NCBI GenBank assembly: GCA_031520405.1
Contig: GCA_031520405.1_4842.1
Direction: 5' to 3' (one strand)
DNA length: 64,000 nt
DNA from: a phage
Below are positions 36,331 through 45,314 of this stretch, piece after piece (position 1 is the first letter of the stretch; the number at the start of each line of letters is the position of its first letter). Made by a program: the position numbers and the translations under genes. The notes under the pieces were generated by a model that did not search any database, was not told the DNA's origin, and worked only from the letters and a program-made list of their open reading frames with translations.

Positions 36331-36780
36331 ATGTTCCTTACATCCTTTATTGACTGGATGAATATCATAAATGGCCTGAGGATTCCTGTTGGGAACCTCG
36401 GGCTTTCTCGTTCTTCTATGCCGCAAATCGATGCCGACAAACAAGAAGATTTTCACAAATATCTTGAAGACAACGGCGTGTCCATAGATGCTGCGCAAGT
36501 GCCCATCAAAATGCTTCGTCTTACCCAGAACGAAATCAATAAAATGAAGGTCTGGAAGATTATGAAGCAGATCAGAAATAAGAAGCCCATGGGTCGAGTT
36601 TGGGTGTCTTCTGACAATTACGTTGTTGACGGGTCTCACCGATTTGTCGCTGCGTTGAACATGGACGGCAAACAGCGCATGAAGGTCTACAAAGTTGATT
36701 TGCCAGCGATGGAATTTGTTAAACTCGCTAAACAGTTTCAGGGTGTGCGATACAGAACGGTCAGCGATACCCGTTTCTGA
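36331..36780 (+). CDS. ParB/Srx-like nuclease-domain protein
   Basis: YVVDGSHRFVAAL matches the DGxHR..AA core of ParB N-terminal domain; GAGGTG RBS. Confidence 0.5.
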   Translation: MFLTSFIDWMNIINGLRIPVGNLGLSRSSMPQIDADKQEDFHKYLEDNGVSIDAAQVPIKMLRLTQNEINKMKVWKIMKQIRNKKPMGRVWVSSDNYVVDGSHRFVAALNMDGKQRMKVYKVDLPAMEFVKLAKQFQGVRYRTVSDTRF

Positions 36781-36859
36781 ATACGATAGTTTATTGAAAC
36801 CCTTTACTCAACATGGTGACAGCCCTATCATTTTATCCAATGAAATAAGGAGAATCACC

Positions 36860-37549
36860 ATGAAACGTTTAATCATCGGGGTTGTGCTGGCTGGTCTGGC
36901 ACTTCCTGCCACCGCCAAGCTGAATCCCACAGGTGAAAAACTGTGGTCTGATCTTTCCTACTGTGCTGGGTTCTCCCAAGCCGTCGCTATAGACAAAACT
37001 GGTTCCATAGAGAACTTTGCTGAACTCTGGGCCACAGGTAATGTCACAGATGCCGTTGTAAACGCTGGTATTGAGTTTAATCGATATAAGCAAGGCGCGT
37101 TCAACCTGAAAGGATATATGAACGACAAAGAATTTAACCGAGGAGGTATGGAGGCTGGCGATCTCATCATGACTGGTCGTATGGGCACACAAGGACGAAT
37201 GACCGTAAGACAGTGCCGTTCTCTTCCTTCTCCAGCATTACAAAAAGGTGTGCAGGTTGGCCGACGTCAGCTGGATCTCATCAATGATGGCAACCAATGC
37301 ATCAAGGTGTTTGAATATAGTGCCGACCAAGAATCAGATCGACGTTTGAAAAAGGAATGGCGGACTCGCGCCCTTGGCCTGAGAGCATGGCTAGTGGAAA
37401 ATGATCATTATTATGAAGACCGTGTTCAGAATGGTTTGAAAGATCTTTCCACTAATTTGTCTGTCAATCTAGACGACCCAAGGCTTTCGCGTGAACTCAA
37501 GCAAACAAGAATTGACTGTGATAATATGATGAAGGAGAACGAAAGATGA
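36860..37549 (+). CDS. secreted protein (signal peptide)
   Basis: MKRLIIGVVLAGLALPATA|K signal peptide with AxA cleavage site; AAGGAG RBS. Confidence 0.5.
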   Translation: MKRLIIGVVLAGLALPATAKLNPTGEKLWSDLSYCAGFSQAVAIDKTGSIENFAELWATGNVTDAVVNAGIEFNRYKQGAFNLKGYMNDKEFNRGGMEAGDLIMTGRMGTQGRMTVRQCRSLPSPALQKGVQVGRRQLDLINDGNQCIKVFEYSADQESDRRLKKEWRTRALGLRAWLVENDHYYEDRVQNGLKDLSTNLSVNLDDPRLSRELKQTRIDCDNMMKENER

Positions 37550-37866
37550 AAATCAAAATCTTATTGTTATTCCTGTACGCTTTCATGTCTTCCCAAGTAT
37601 TGGCAGCTCCGGCCAGTAAGTTGAATATTTGTGCTGCTTGGTTGTCTACATATCAACAATTTCATCCGGATGATAAGGACACATCAATCCTTTTATCTGA
37701 TTATGAAGGTGAATTGAAACGCCTTGATCTCTATAGTGTGGACCAGATAGAGAATGCGCTTGATTTACCCATGATGGAATCTGCTGCAGACAACAGCAAA
37801 CAGACTATTAAAGATTTGACTATGTGCCGTGAAATTGCAACTAATTTCGTTGGAAATCAAAGATAG
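37546..37866 (+). CDS. small secreted protein (signal peptide)
   Basis: MKIKILLLFLYAFMSSQVLA|AP signal peptide; ATGA overlap with upstream gene. Confidence 0.5.
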   Translation: MKIKILLLFLYAFMSSQVLAAPASKLNICAAWLSTYQQFHPDDKDTSILLSDYEGELKRLDLYSVDQIENALDLPMMESAADNSKQTIKDLTMCREIATNFVGNQR

Positions 37867-37915
37867 TTTCAGGTTAAAATTTTATTCCCCATTGAACTGA
37901 AAGGTGTATTTCGTG

Positions 37916-38707
37916 ATGATCATTACCAAAAAGATCGCTGAGGCGATCGTTGAAAAGAATAAAATGTTCGCACCTAGCAAAGCAAAGGTTATTCTGATCC
38001 ATGATGATGGTCGCGTGGTCTTCGCTGAAAAATTTGAGCAAGGGTGTGCTTTCTGGTTTGCAGACACTATGCGTGAAAGCAAGCTACAGGGCATCATTTA
38101 CAAATTAACTCTGGTTGCCAAGCGCAACGATCAGGGTGACTGGGTTACGGTTTGTGATTTCAGCTCCAAGGTTGATACTCGACCAAAATCTCGCCAAGAG
38201 AGAATTCTGGAAGCTCAGGAAAAACTTGTTGCTGCTCGTACTTCACCAGTCATTAAGCCAGCAGTCATCTCCCCTTCTATTGATCTGCCGCCTGTCAGCC
38301 AAAAGGCTGTTGAGCAATATGCAGAAAAACGAAAAGAAGAACCCGTGAAGTCTCCGGTTGAGAATAAAGAAGAATCTGAATTTATTTCAATCAGGCAGTT
38401 ATGTCCGCAAGAAAGACGATTTTCTTCACCAAATGATTTATTCGTGTCTTTCCGGTCTAATGGGAAGATTATATTGTGCAAAACCCTACGGGAACAATTG
38501 CAGTGGACTAACATCAATATGATGGTGAGTCGGAACTTCAAACGATTCGCAATCGGTGAAGGTAAAGATTATCCTGTTAATAAGAGCGGAACATATGCAA
38601 ATCGTCATATGTGCGACAAATTGTCTTTCCCAAACGATTCTGGCACTATTCGTGTTCGTTTAGAATGGGATGAAAGTTTGAACATGTATGTCGGTGATAT
38701 AAAATAA
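37916..38707 (+). CDS. hypothetical protein
   Basis: ATG 37916 downstream of GAAAGGTG (track start is GTG). Confidence 0.5.
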   Translation: MIITKKIAEAIVEKNKMFAPSKAKVILIHDDGRVVFAEKFEQGCAFWFADTMRESKLQGIIYKLTLVAKRNDQGDWVTVCDFSSKVDTRPKSRQERILEAQEKLVAARTSPVIKPAVISPSIDLPPVSQKAVEQYAEKRKEEPVKSPVENKEESEFISIRQLCPQERRFSSPNDLFVSFRSNGKIILCKTLREQLQWTNINMMVSRNFKRFAIGEGKDYPVNKSGTYANRHMCDKLSFPNDSGTIRVRLEWDESLNMYVGDIK

Positions 38708-38721
38708 TTCTATAATACAAG

Positions 38722-38750
38722 GGCGGTTATTATTAAACCGCCTTTATTTG
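38722..38750 (+). terminator. rho-independent terminator
   Basis: GGCGGTT-ATTATTA-AACCGCC hairpin then TTTATTT. Confidence 0.55.
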
Positions 38751-38763
38751 AGAGATCTATATT

Positions 38764-39432
38764 ATGAACAACAAGAGCCGTATTATCATCGGGGCTGACC
38801 AGGGTAATTTATATTTTGAAAGATCTGGTGTTGTCGCCCACGCTATCCTTCCCACTGGAATTTCTGTTTATTGTGTGGAACATCCTGACCCTACAGTTAA
38901 ACGTCTTTGCTATGTCTCCCGTGAAAATGGACTAATTGTATTGCCAGAAGGCGCGATTATGCGTGCACGATTTTGGCCGATCGATTTTAATTCCATGAGC
39001 AATAGGGAGATCGACGCCCGTTTCTTCGCATATAATATGAACCGGACTCTGAAAAATGAAACTCAGAGAGTTGTTCATTTCGACAATGAAACTCATGGAG
39101 TGACGTTAGAATTCAGAACTCGTGGTGAAGCTCTTCAGGTGAAGAAATCAAGCTGGAAAACTGAAGGGACGTTCACACATGATTATGCGTTAATCGACAA
39201 ATTGTGCAATCAGTTTCGCATTAACCTGACTGCCAACGACGATTTAGGTCAGTATGTTGTATGGACAGCCCGTTCACCACATATGAACGGTATCATGGTG
39301 GAGAGTGAAACTCGTAATCGCGCTGTGCTCCAACTGCTGCTGTTAGACGCGTATTCTCGCAACCCGTTGGAATATCTGTCTCGGGAACAGATTGATAACG
39401 CGCTTTCTCATTGTAACCGTCTGGAGGTGTAA
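38764..39432 (+). CDS. hypothetical protein
   Basis: ORF following terminator. Confidence 0.5.
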   Translation: MNNKSRIIIGADQGNLYFERSGVVAHAILPTGISVYCVEHPDPTVKRLCYVSRENGLIVLPEGAIMRARFWPIDFNSMSNREIDARFFAYNMNRTLKNETQRVVHFDNETHGVTLEFRTRGEALQVKKSSWKTEGTFTHDYALIDKLCNQFRINLTANDDLGQYVVWTARSPHMNGIMVESETRNRAVLQLLLLDAYSRNPLEYLSREQIDNALSHCNRLEV

Positions 39433-39433
39433 T

Positions 39434-39721
39434 ATGTCCGGCGTATGGTGTGATGTATTGTTGGTAAGATTTTCAAACGGGATGGATAACCAGATTATTT
39501 CATTCTTTTATCCTGTTCCCTTTTCTTCTATGGGTCTGACTGTCAAGCGCGTTCTTGATATAGAAGAAAAACTCAACGCCATGCCGTATATGGCGCGACC
39601 ACATGTTCTGGGTTGTGAACTGTTAAACGAAATGATGATTGACGAGAACCTTGTTGAAACAATTATCACGCGTGAACAGATGAAAACCATACTGTCTCAG
39701 GGAGAACCCCATGTCGAATAA
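39434..39721 (+). CDS. hypothetical protein
   Basis: ATG with GGAGG RBS. Confidence 0.45.
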   Translation: MSGVWCDVLLVRFSNGMDNQIISFFYPVPFSSMGLTVKRVLDIEEKLNAMPYMARPHVLGCELLNEMMIDENLVETIITREQMKTILSQGEPHVE

Positions 39722-40031
39722 ACCGTTTGAACTTAAATTTCGCGTTTGGCATATTCCCCAGGTTCCTGGGATCGCTTTTCATGTTGAGGTTCCAACATTT
39801 GAAGAAGCGCAACGTCTGAAGAATACTCTGGCCGATTACGACCTGTTTCAGTATAACAATAACATCAAGCCGGATTATTGTAATGCTTCCGGCGTTCAAA
39901 TATACCAACATGATCTGACTGAAGAAGATCTAAATGATATGGGACTGGATGATCGTTGGGTTGATATCGAAGATATTGACGAACTCAACGATTATTTTGA
40001 TCATCTGCGTAGCACAGGGTGGGAAATATGA
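39711..40031 (+). CDS. hypothetical protein
   Basis: ORF with GGGAGAA RBS, overlapping neighbours. Confidence 0.45.
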   Translation: MSNKPFELKFRVWHIPQVPGIAFHVEVPTFEEAQRLKNTLADYDLFQYNNNIKPDYCNASGVQIYQHDLTEEDLNDMGLDDRWVDIEDIDELNDYFDHLRSTGWEI

Positions 40032-40237
40032 TCGGGTTAATCCGTTATCTGTTCATATTCGTAATAACAACATTCATTTTATTTTTCTTTTTCAAATACT
40101 TGAAAGAGACTAAAATCTACCGGAGTAAACGTTGGCGCAAACGGGTGAGAGTAACTTTCCTACTGCTGATTTCTTCGGTTACAATAACTGCACTCACGTT
40201 GGGTGCTTATATTTACATTTTTGAAGGAGTACATTGA
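40028..40237 (+). CDS. small membrane protein with two predicted TM helices
   Basis: two long hydrophobic stretches separated by RSKRWRKRVR basic loop; overlaps start of downstream lipoprotein gene. Confidence 0.45.
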   Translation: MIGLIRYLFIFVITTFILFFFFKYLKETKIYRSKRWRKRVRVTFLLLISSVTITALTLGAYIYIFEGVH

Positions 40238-41028
40238 TGTTCAAGAAACTGGTATTTGGCGCAATTATGGTCCTAGCAACAAGCCTTCTTTCAGGCTGCG
40301 GCGGTGTTATCGATGAAGGAAACGTCGGTGTTCGAACCCAATGGGGTGAAGTGGACATGAACCCTGTAACCGCAGGTATCTACACCAGTTTCGTTTCAAG
40401 TGTAGATGTCTATACGACTAAAGAAGCCGTCGTGAGTCTGACGAAAATGACGCCAAAGGCCAAAGACAACCTGACCTTGGAAGATCTGGATGTGGACGTT
40501 TATTACACACCGAACGTCGCGAAGGTTCCTTGGTTCCATACCAAATTTGCAGGTCAGAGCGCTGAACTCGGTGACGGCACGATAGCGGTGGGATTCAACC
40601 TGGTTAAAACCGCCGCAGCATCCTCAACGATGGACGCCGTTTCCTCTTTGGATTCTATGACAATTCACACCCAACGGGCTGAGTTAGAAAAGATGATCAA
40701 GGAACGCACCCAGCAGCAATTAGAAACAGCTGCGCCTGGCATGTTCACAATCACACGCGTGTTGGTCAAAAAGGCGCTGACAGATCCTTCGATTGAGCAA
40801 TCTATCCGTGATAATGTCATGGCCGACAAACGTTTGGATACAGCAAGAAAGAACGTTGAAATTCGCGACCAAGAAGCCAAGGCGAATCAGAAACTGACGA
40901 CATCTCTGACACCTGAATATTTACAACACGAATATAACATGGTGTTGCAATCTTGCGCCAACAGCGGGAAATGTACTCTGATTGTTGATGGTTCAGGCTC
41001 AAGTAAAATGCTAAACGTCGGCAAATAA
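40237..41028 (+). CDS. SPFH/band-7 domain lipoprotein
   Basis: lipobox LLSGC after hydrophobic leader; VGVRTQWGEV and PKAKDNLTLEDLDVDVYY match the SPFH core; GAAGGAG RBS. Confidence 0.55.
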   Translation: MFKKLVFGAIMVLATSLLSGCGGVIDEGNVGVRTQWGEVDMNPVTAGIYTSFVSSVDVYTTKEAVVSLTKMTPKAKDNLTLEDLDVDVYYTPNVAKVPWFHTKFAGQSAELGDGTIAVGFNLVKTAAASSTMDAVSSLDSMTIHTQRAELEKMIKERTQQQLETAAPGMFTITRVLVKKALTDPSIEQSIRDNVMADKRLDTARKNVEIRDQEAKANQKLTTSLTPEYLQHEYNMVLQSCANSGKCTLIVDGSGSSKMLNVGK

Positions 41029-41111
41029 ACGCTTTATTCAATAATATTTGTTAGGTAAGCTGTAGTCCTCTTGTAGTGAAACATTGTAAACAACTAACTG
41101 GAGTAATCCGA

Positions 41112-41390
41112 ATGAACCGTACTGATTTTATTGCTCACATCGCCCAGACTCAGGGTATGACCAAAGGCGAAGCTGAGAAAATCGTTGCATCTTTTATCAA
41201 TGGCGTGAAAACTGCAGTCGCGGCTGGCCAATCTGTCCAATTCGTAGGCTTCGGCGCGTTCGAAGTTAAACATCAGGAAGCGCGCACTGGCCGCAACCCG
41301 CTGAACGGACAACAGATCCAGATCGAAGCGAAAAATGTAGTTAAATTCAAAGTCGGTGAAGGTCTGAAAGCTGCTGCCAACGGCCAGTAA
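41112..41390 (+). CDS. HU/IHF-like DNA-binding protein
   Basis: MNRTDFIAHIA...VQFVGFGAFEVKHQEARTGRNPLNGQQIQI matches bacterial HU ([21 protein letters not shown]). Confidence 0.8.
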   Translation: MNRTDFIAHIAQTQGMTKGEAEKIVASFINGVKTAVAAGQSVQFVGFGAFEVKHQEARTGRNPLNGQQIQIEAKNVVKFKVGEGLKAAANGQ

Positions 41391-41450
41391 TCACACCAGG
41401 CGTCGGCCCAGCGCATGTCTGCAGTGCAGCGGCGCAAGGCTAAAAGGAGA

Positions 41451-41477
41451 AGCCGAGGTTAATGCCTCGGCTTTTTC
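41451..41477 (+). terminator. rho-independent terminator
   Basis: AGCCGAGG-TTAATG-CCTCGGCT hairpin followed by T5. Confidence 0.65.
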
Positions 41478-41525
41478 GTTGTTGGGATTCGGGTAAACTA
41501 TAACAGAATCCAAAGGAGGAACAAC

Positions 41526-43247
41526 GTGACAGCATTTAATCAACACCGAAAGGCGATTGACGCCATAGGCCGTAAGGTTCCTGTGGAAGAAATACAACGC
41601 CTTACCAAAGATGAATTCCCATATGACAAAGCGAACCCAGGCCAGATGGAATGCATCGTCGAAGCCATAGATGCGCTTATCAACAAAAAGGTTAAACATG
41701 TCATCATTGAAGCTCCGACAGGTGTCGGTAAATCTTTGATTGGCACTACCATTCATAAAGTGATTCGCCATCTAGTTTTACAGGCTGATCCTTATGGGCA
41801 ATTTCGCACTTCTATCAGCACCCCGACCAAAGGTCTGCAAGATCAGTATGCTGCTGAAAAGGCGGTGGCGATAGACATCCTAAAAGGCAAGAAGAACTAT
41901 CGTTGCCACGTACATCCAGATGTGTATTACAATGCTGTCCAATGCCGTATAGCATGCCGTGACGGGCATTGTAGCAAACGCCGCTGTCCTTATGTACAGG
42001 CGCGTAATTTGTGGACGGATATTTCATCATTGCGTTGTACTAATGCTGCCATGATGATCGAAATGTGTACAACCATCTGCATGAAGCCCGAAAACCGTTC
42101 CGATATGCTGATCCTTGACGAGTGCCATAAAATGCCCTCTACGCTCCTAGAGCACACGATCATGGAATACAATACAAAGGCCGTGGAGGGGCTGCGTTCT
42201 ATCCCTGAGGGAAAGGAGATCGTCTCTACCATTGGTGATATCGTAGAACGCACCAAGGACTATGTCCTGGGCAAGTTATATTCTTTGTCTGGTGAACTAC
42301 ATTCAATGTTTGAAGACCTCCATCTCAAAGTAGAAAATTTGTTGGAAGTCCTTGAAGAATTGGTCGAAGATGATCGCTTGAGTGAAAGCCAAGTGATGAA
42401 ACTCGCAGACATTATAGATGTCTTGCATAACTTGAGTGATTATTGCGGTATTATGTCACAAACCCAAGCAAGTACATTTATTGTGCAAGAAAAGGGGGAA
42501 GATTTTATCCGGTTTAAACCTGTTATGCCTTCTGATGTAAGTGAATTCGGGTTATTCCGAAAAGCTGATTATCACGTTCATATGTCAGCAACGATCTGTG
42601 GTATAGATTCGTATGCTCGTTCATTGGGTATTCGACAGGGGGATTATCATTCCATTCAGATCGGCAACCCTATCCCGATTGAAAACAGAAAAGTCAACTA
42701 TATGCCCATAGTGAAGATGACTAACAATATGGGTGACTATGAAATGAAAAGGTTGACGGAATATATTGATGAAATAATCGCGTTCCACCCAGGTCAGTCC
42801 GGCATTATCCATACAGTGAGTTATGATCGCGCCTTGGCAATACAAAAATTCAGCAAATATCAGAATTTTATCCATGTTCCGCGTACCCGAAAGGCGTTGA
42901 TGGATATTATGGAAAATGCTTTTAGAACAAAGTCCCCATGCGTCATTGCCAGTCCTGCCATGGAAGAAGGTTATGATTTCAAAGGGGATTACAGCCGTTT
43001 CCAAATACTGATCAAAGTCCCTTATGATTATCTGGGCGATCCACTGATAGCACATATCAATTCAGTGGATCCGTCGGCATATTTCCGCAATGCAGTACTG
43101 CGCATTGTTCAAATGTGTGGGCGTTCGGTCAGGGGTGTTGATGACTGGGCTGCGACATACATCATTGATTCATCCTTTGAATCTCTTATGATGCGCAACC
43201 CAGAATTCTTCCCAACCTGGTTCACCGATGCAGTGTTTGAGGTTTAA
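41526..43247 (+). CDS. DinG/XPD-like Fe-S SF2 DNA helicase
   Basis: GTG start 6 nt after AGGAGG; Walker A APTGVGKS, DECH box, Cys-rich insert between them. Confidence 0.6.
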   Translation: MTAFNQHRKAIDAIGRKVPVEEIQRLTKDEFPYDKANPGQMECIVEAIDALINKKVKHVIIEAPTGVGKSLIGTTIHKVIRHLVLQADPYGQFRTSISTPTKGLQDQYAAEKAVAIDILKGKKNYRCHVHPDVYYNAVQCRIACRDGHCSKRRCPYVQARNLWTDISSLRCTNAAMMIEMCTTICMKPENRSDMLILDECHKMPSTLLEHTIMEYNTKAVEGLRSIPEGKEIVSTIGDIVERTKDYVLGKLYSLSGELHSMFEDLHLKVENLLEVLEELVEDDRLSESQVMKLADIIDVLHNLSDYCGIMSQTQASTFIVQEKGEDFIRFKPVMPSDVSEFGLFRKADYHVHMSATICGIDSYARSLGIRQGDYHSIQIGNPIPIENRKVNYMPIVKMTNNMGDYEMKRLTEYIDEIIAFHPGQSGIIHTVSYDRALAIQKFSKYQNFIHVPRTRKALMDIMENAFRTKSPCVIASPAMEEGYDFKGDYSRFQILIKVPYDYLGDPLIAHINSVDPSAYFRNAVLRIVQMCGRSVRGVDDWAATYIIDSSFESLMMRNPEFFPTWFTDAVFEV

Positions 43248-44011
43248 TAACCCGCAATAAACGATAAATGACACTTGATATTTGGTTCAAGTGTCGTTAT
43301 CGTGATAATCATATTGTCCACATCTTGGCTGAAAGATATATTTGCGATCGGTTTGGTTTGAACATGATTATACAGGCTATAAATCAGATCTTCACCACGA
43401 TAACCGATTTTGCCATCAGTGTCCTGCCAATGACCGAGGGTAGACTCTCGAGCGTGTACTCGGAATTCGACCATATGAAACAATGCTTTTGGGATTGTCT
43501 TCAGTATGCTGGTCCCAACAACCGGAATATCAATAGAAGAGTCGTTGGAGTTTCCTTCATAAACAGATTCCCAACCAAATATTGGATCCCCGCCAGCTAC
43601 AGGAGTTCTTTTCCAGTATTGGAATTCTGGGTTTCCGGCGGAGTTCTTTTGTAGGAGTATTACTTCACCGCCTTCAAAATTGGAAGTGTCTATATCGTCC
43701 CTTGCTAATAAATCTGCCGGAGAACCAATAAATTTCCAAGTTTCGCGATCTAAAATAGACTTATAATGATCGGTGAATACGTTACTGTCGCCAGCTGAAT
43801 TAATTGCGTCTTTAAGACCTTCACCTGTGACCATCTCATTAAGTTTTAGCCACATGTTTTTGACAGCTGACGCAGCTGCGACTTGACCTTCAGTCCCACC
43901 CGCCGTGTAGTCATAAATGATGTCCAGCTTTTGTATGGAATCATTTATAGACAAGAGCAAACGCTCAATTTCTGGGGCGGTCAGACTGAAACGATATGCG
44001 CGTTCTGACAT
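43244..44011 (-). CDS. hypothetical protein (reverse strand)
   Basis: 255-aa reverse ORF with GAGG RBS; stop overlaps stop of convergent helicase gene. Confidence 0.45.
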   Translation of the reverse strand: MSERAYRFSLTAPEIERLLLSINDSIQKLDIIYDYTAGGTEGQVAAASAVKNMWLKLNEMVTGEGLKDAINSAGDSNVFTDHYKSILDRETWKFIGSPADLLARDDIDTSNFEGGEVILLQKNSAGNPEFQYWKRTPVAGGDPIFGWESVYEGNSNDSSIDIPVVGTSILKTIPKALFHMVEFRVHARESTLGHWQDTDGKIGYRGEDLIYSLYNHVQTKPIANISFSQDVDNMIITITTLEPNIKCHLSFIAGY

Positions 44012-44053
44012 GATTCGTTCCTCATCGATAAAACCAGTTTGGGATACTTATAC

Positions 44054-44581
44054 ATGATTGAAATATACACTGACGGGGCATCATCCCCTCAGAAGACACG
44101 AGCCGCTGGTTGGGCATTTGCCATCAGTCCAATCACTGGAGAGCAATGGAAAGTGTTTTATGGGTATTTACCCCCGCCGTCAACGAACAATATAGCTGAG
44201 TTACTCGGGGTTATAAACGCGATGAAGATCCTATGGAAATTCTCTAATTGCGGTGAACGCTGCATTCCCCCAGCCCGCATTATATCCGACAGCCAATATG
44301 TTATCAATAGCGTTTTGGAGTGGCGTCGTAAATGGGAATATGAAGGAATGCCGCCTAAGAACACAGAACTTCTGCTCGAGTTGTTCGATTATTATGACAA
44401 AGTTTGTTCAATTTGTGAACTTGAATTAAAATGGGTGAAAGGTCATGCAGGAACGATGGGCAACGAAATTGCGGATCAGTGGAGCGTTAGAGCCAAAGAA
44501 GATAGTTCAATGGTTCTTGAAAATAACCGTTTCTCGGTCAAGAAAGTCGTTGGTTCTTTCAATGAATTCATTGGTATTTGA
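44054..44581 (+). CDS. RNase HI-like ribonuclease H
   Basis: IEIYTDGAS, NNIAELLGVINA, DSQYVIN, WVKGHAG...NEIADQ match bacterial RNase HI catalytic motifs. Confidence 0.75.
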   Translation: MIEIYTDGASSPQKTRAAGWAFAISPITGEQWKVFYGYLPPPSTNNIAELLGVINAMKILWKFSNCGERCIPPARIISDSQYVINSVLEWRRKWEYEGMPPKNTELLLELFDYYDKVCSICELELKWVKGHAGTMGNEIADQWSVRAKEDSSMVLENNRFSVKKVVGSFNEFIGI

Positions 44582-44591
44582 GGATTATGCA

Positions 44592-45314
44592 ATGGGTATT
44601 CCATTCGTTTACTGTTTGGAAAGTAAGGATGGTCATTTGTATTTTGGTTCCAAGATTGGTGAAGAGTCTGATCCAAAGCAGCTCATGGAAACATATTTCA
44701 CTTCATCAAAATATGTAAAAGATTTGATGAAATCAAAAGGAAATGATTATTTTCAGGTAGTGGGTATAGAAATATTCCCCAACCAACCTGAAGAAGCGTT
44801 TTGGAAAGAACAACAATTGATAGAGTCCTTTTACGGCAACCCCATGCTACTAAACAAACATTATCAAACTGCTGGAACTAAACCGTGGACTCAATTAGGT
44901 AGAAAGGGGAATCAACAGTATTTGTTTGGCAATGGGCACCTCCGCGCTGGCAAAAACAATCCTATGTATGGCAAACAAGGAGCCATGAAAGGTATTACAG
45001 GGAAAGACCATCCTGCCTATGGCGCAGATCGTTCAGGTTCCAAAAATGGCATGTTTGGAAAATATGGAGAATTACATCACCATTATGGAACTCCTCCATG
45101 GGAAGTTCCAATAAGCAAGAAATTGGGAACTTCTAAACATTGGTTGGATGCAGAAGAAATACGTTTGGAATGGATTGCTGGCGCAAGGCAATGCGACTTG
45201 TCAAGAAAATATGGAATTAGCATAAAGACTATTGAAACTATGGTCGGCAAATTCCGTTCCGGTTGGATACCTTCACAAGACCCTCAGTGGATTAATTTTA
45301 AAGGTGGTGTATAA
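44592..45314 (+). CDS. Seg-like GIY-YIG homing endonuclease with NUMOD3-like repeats and C-terminal HTH
   Basis: FVYCLESKDGHLYFGSK GIY-YIG core; repeated G-x-N-P-x-Y-G-K linker motifs; HTH-like segment near C-terminus. Confidence 0.6.
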   Translation: MGIPFVYCLESKDGHLYFGSKIGEESDPKQLMETYFTSSKYVKDLMKSKGNDYFQVVGIEIFPNQPEEAFWKEQQLIESFYGNPMLLNKHYQTAGTKPWTQLGRKGNQQYLFGNGHLRAGKNNPMYGKQGAMKGITGKDHPAYGADRSGSKNGMFGKYGELHHHYGTPPWEVPISKKLGTSKHWLDAEEIRLEWIAGARQCDLSRKYGISIKTIETMVGKFRSGWIPSQDPQWINFKGGV

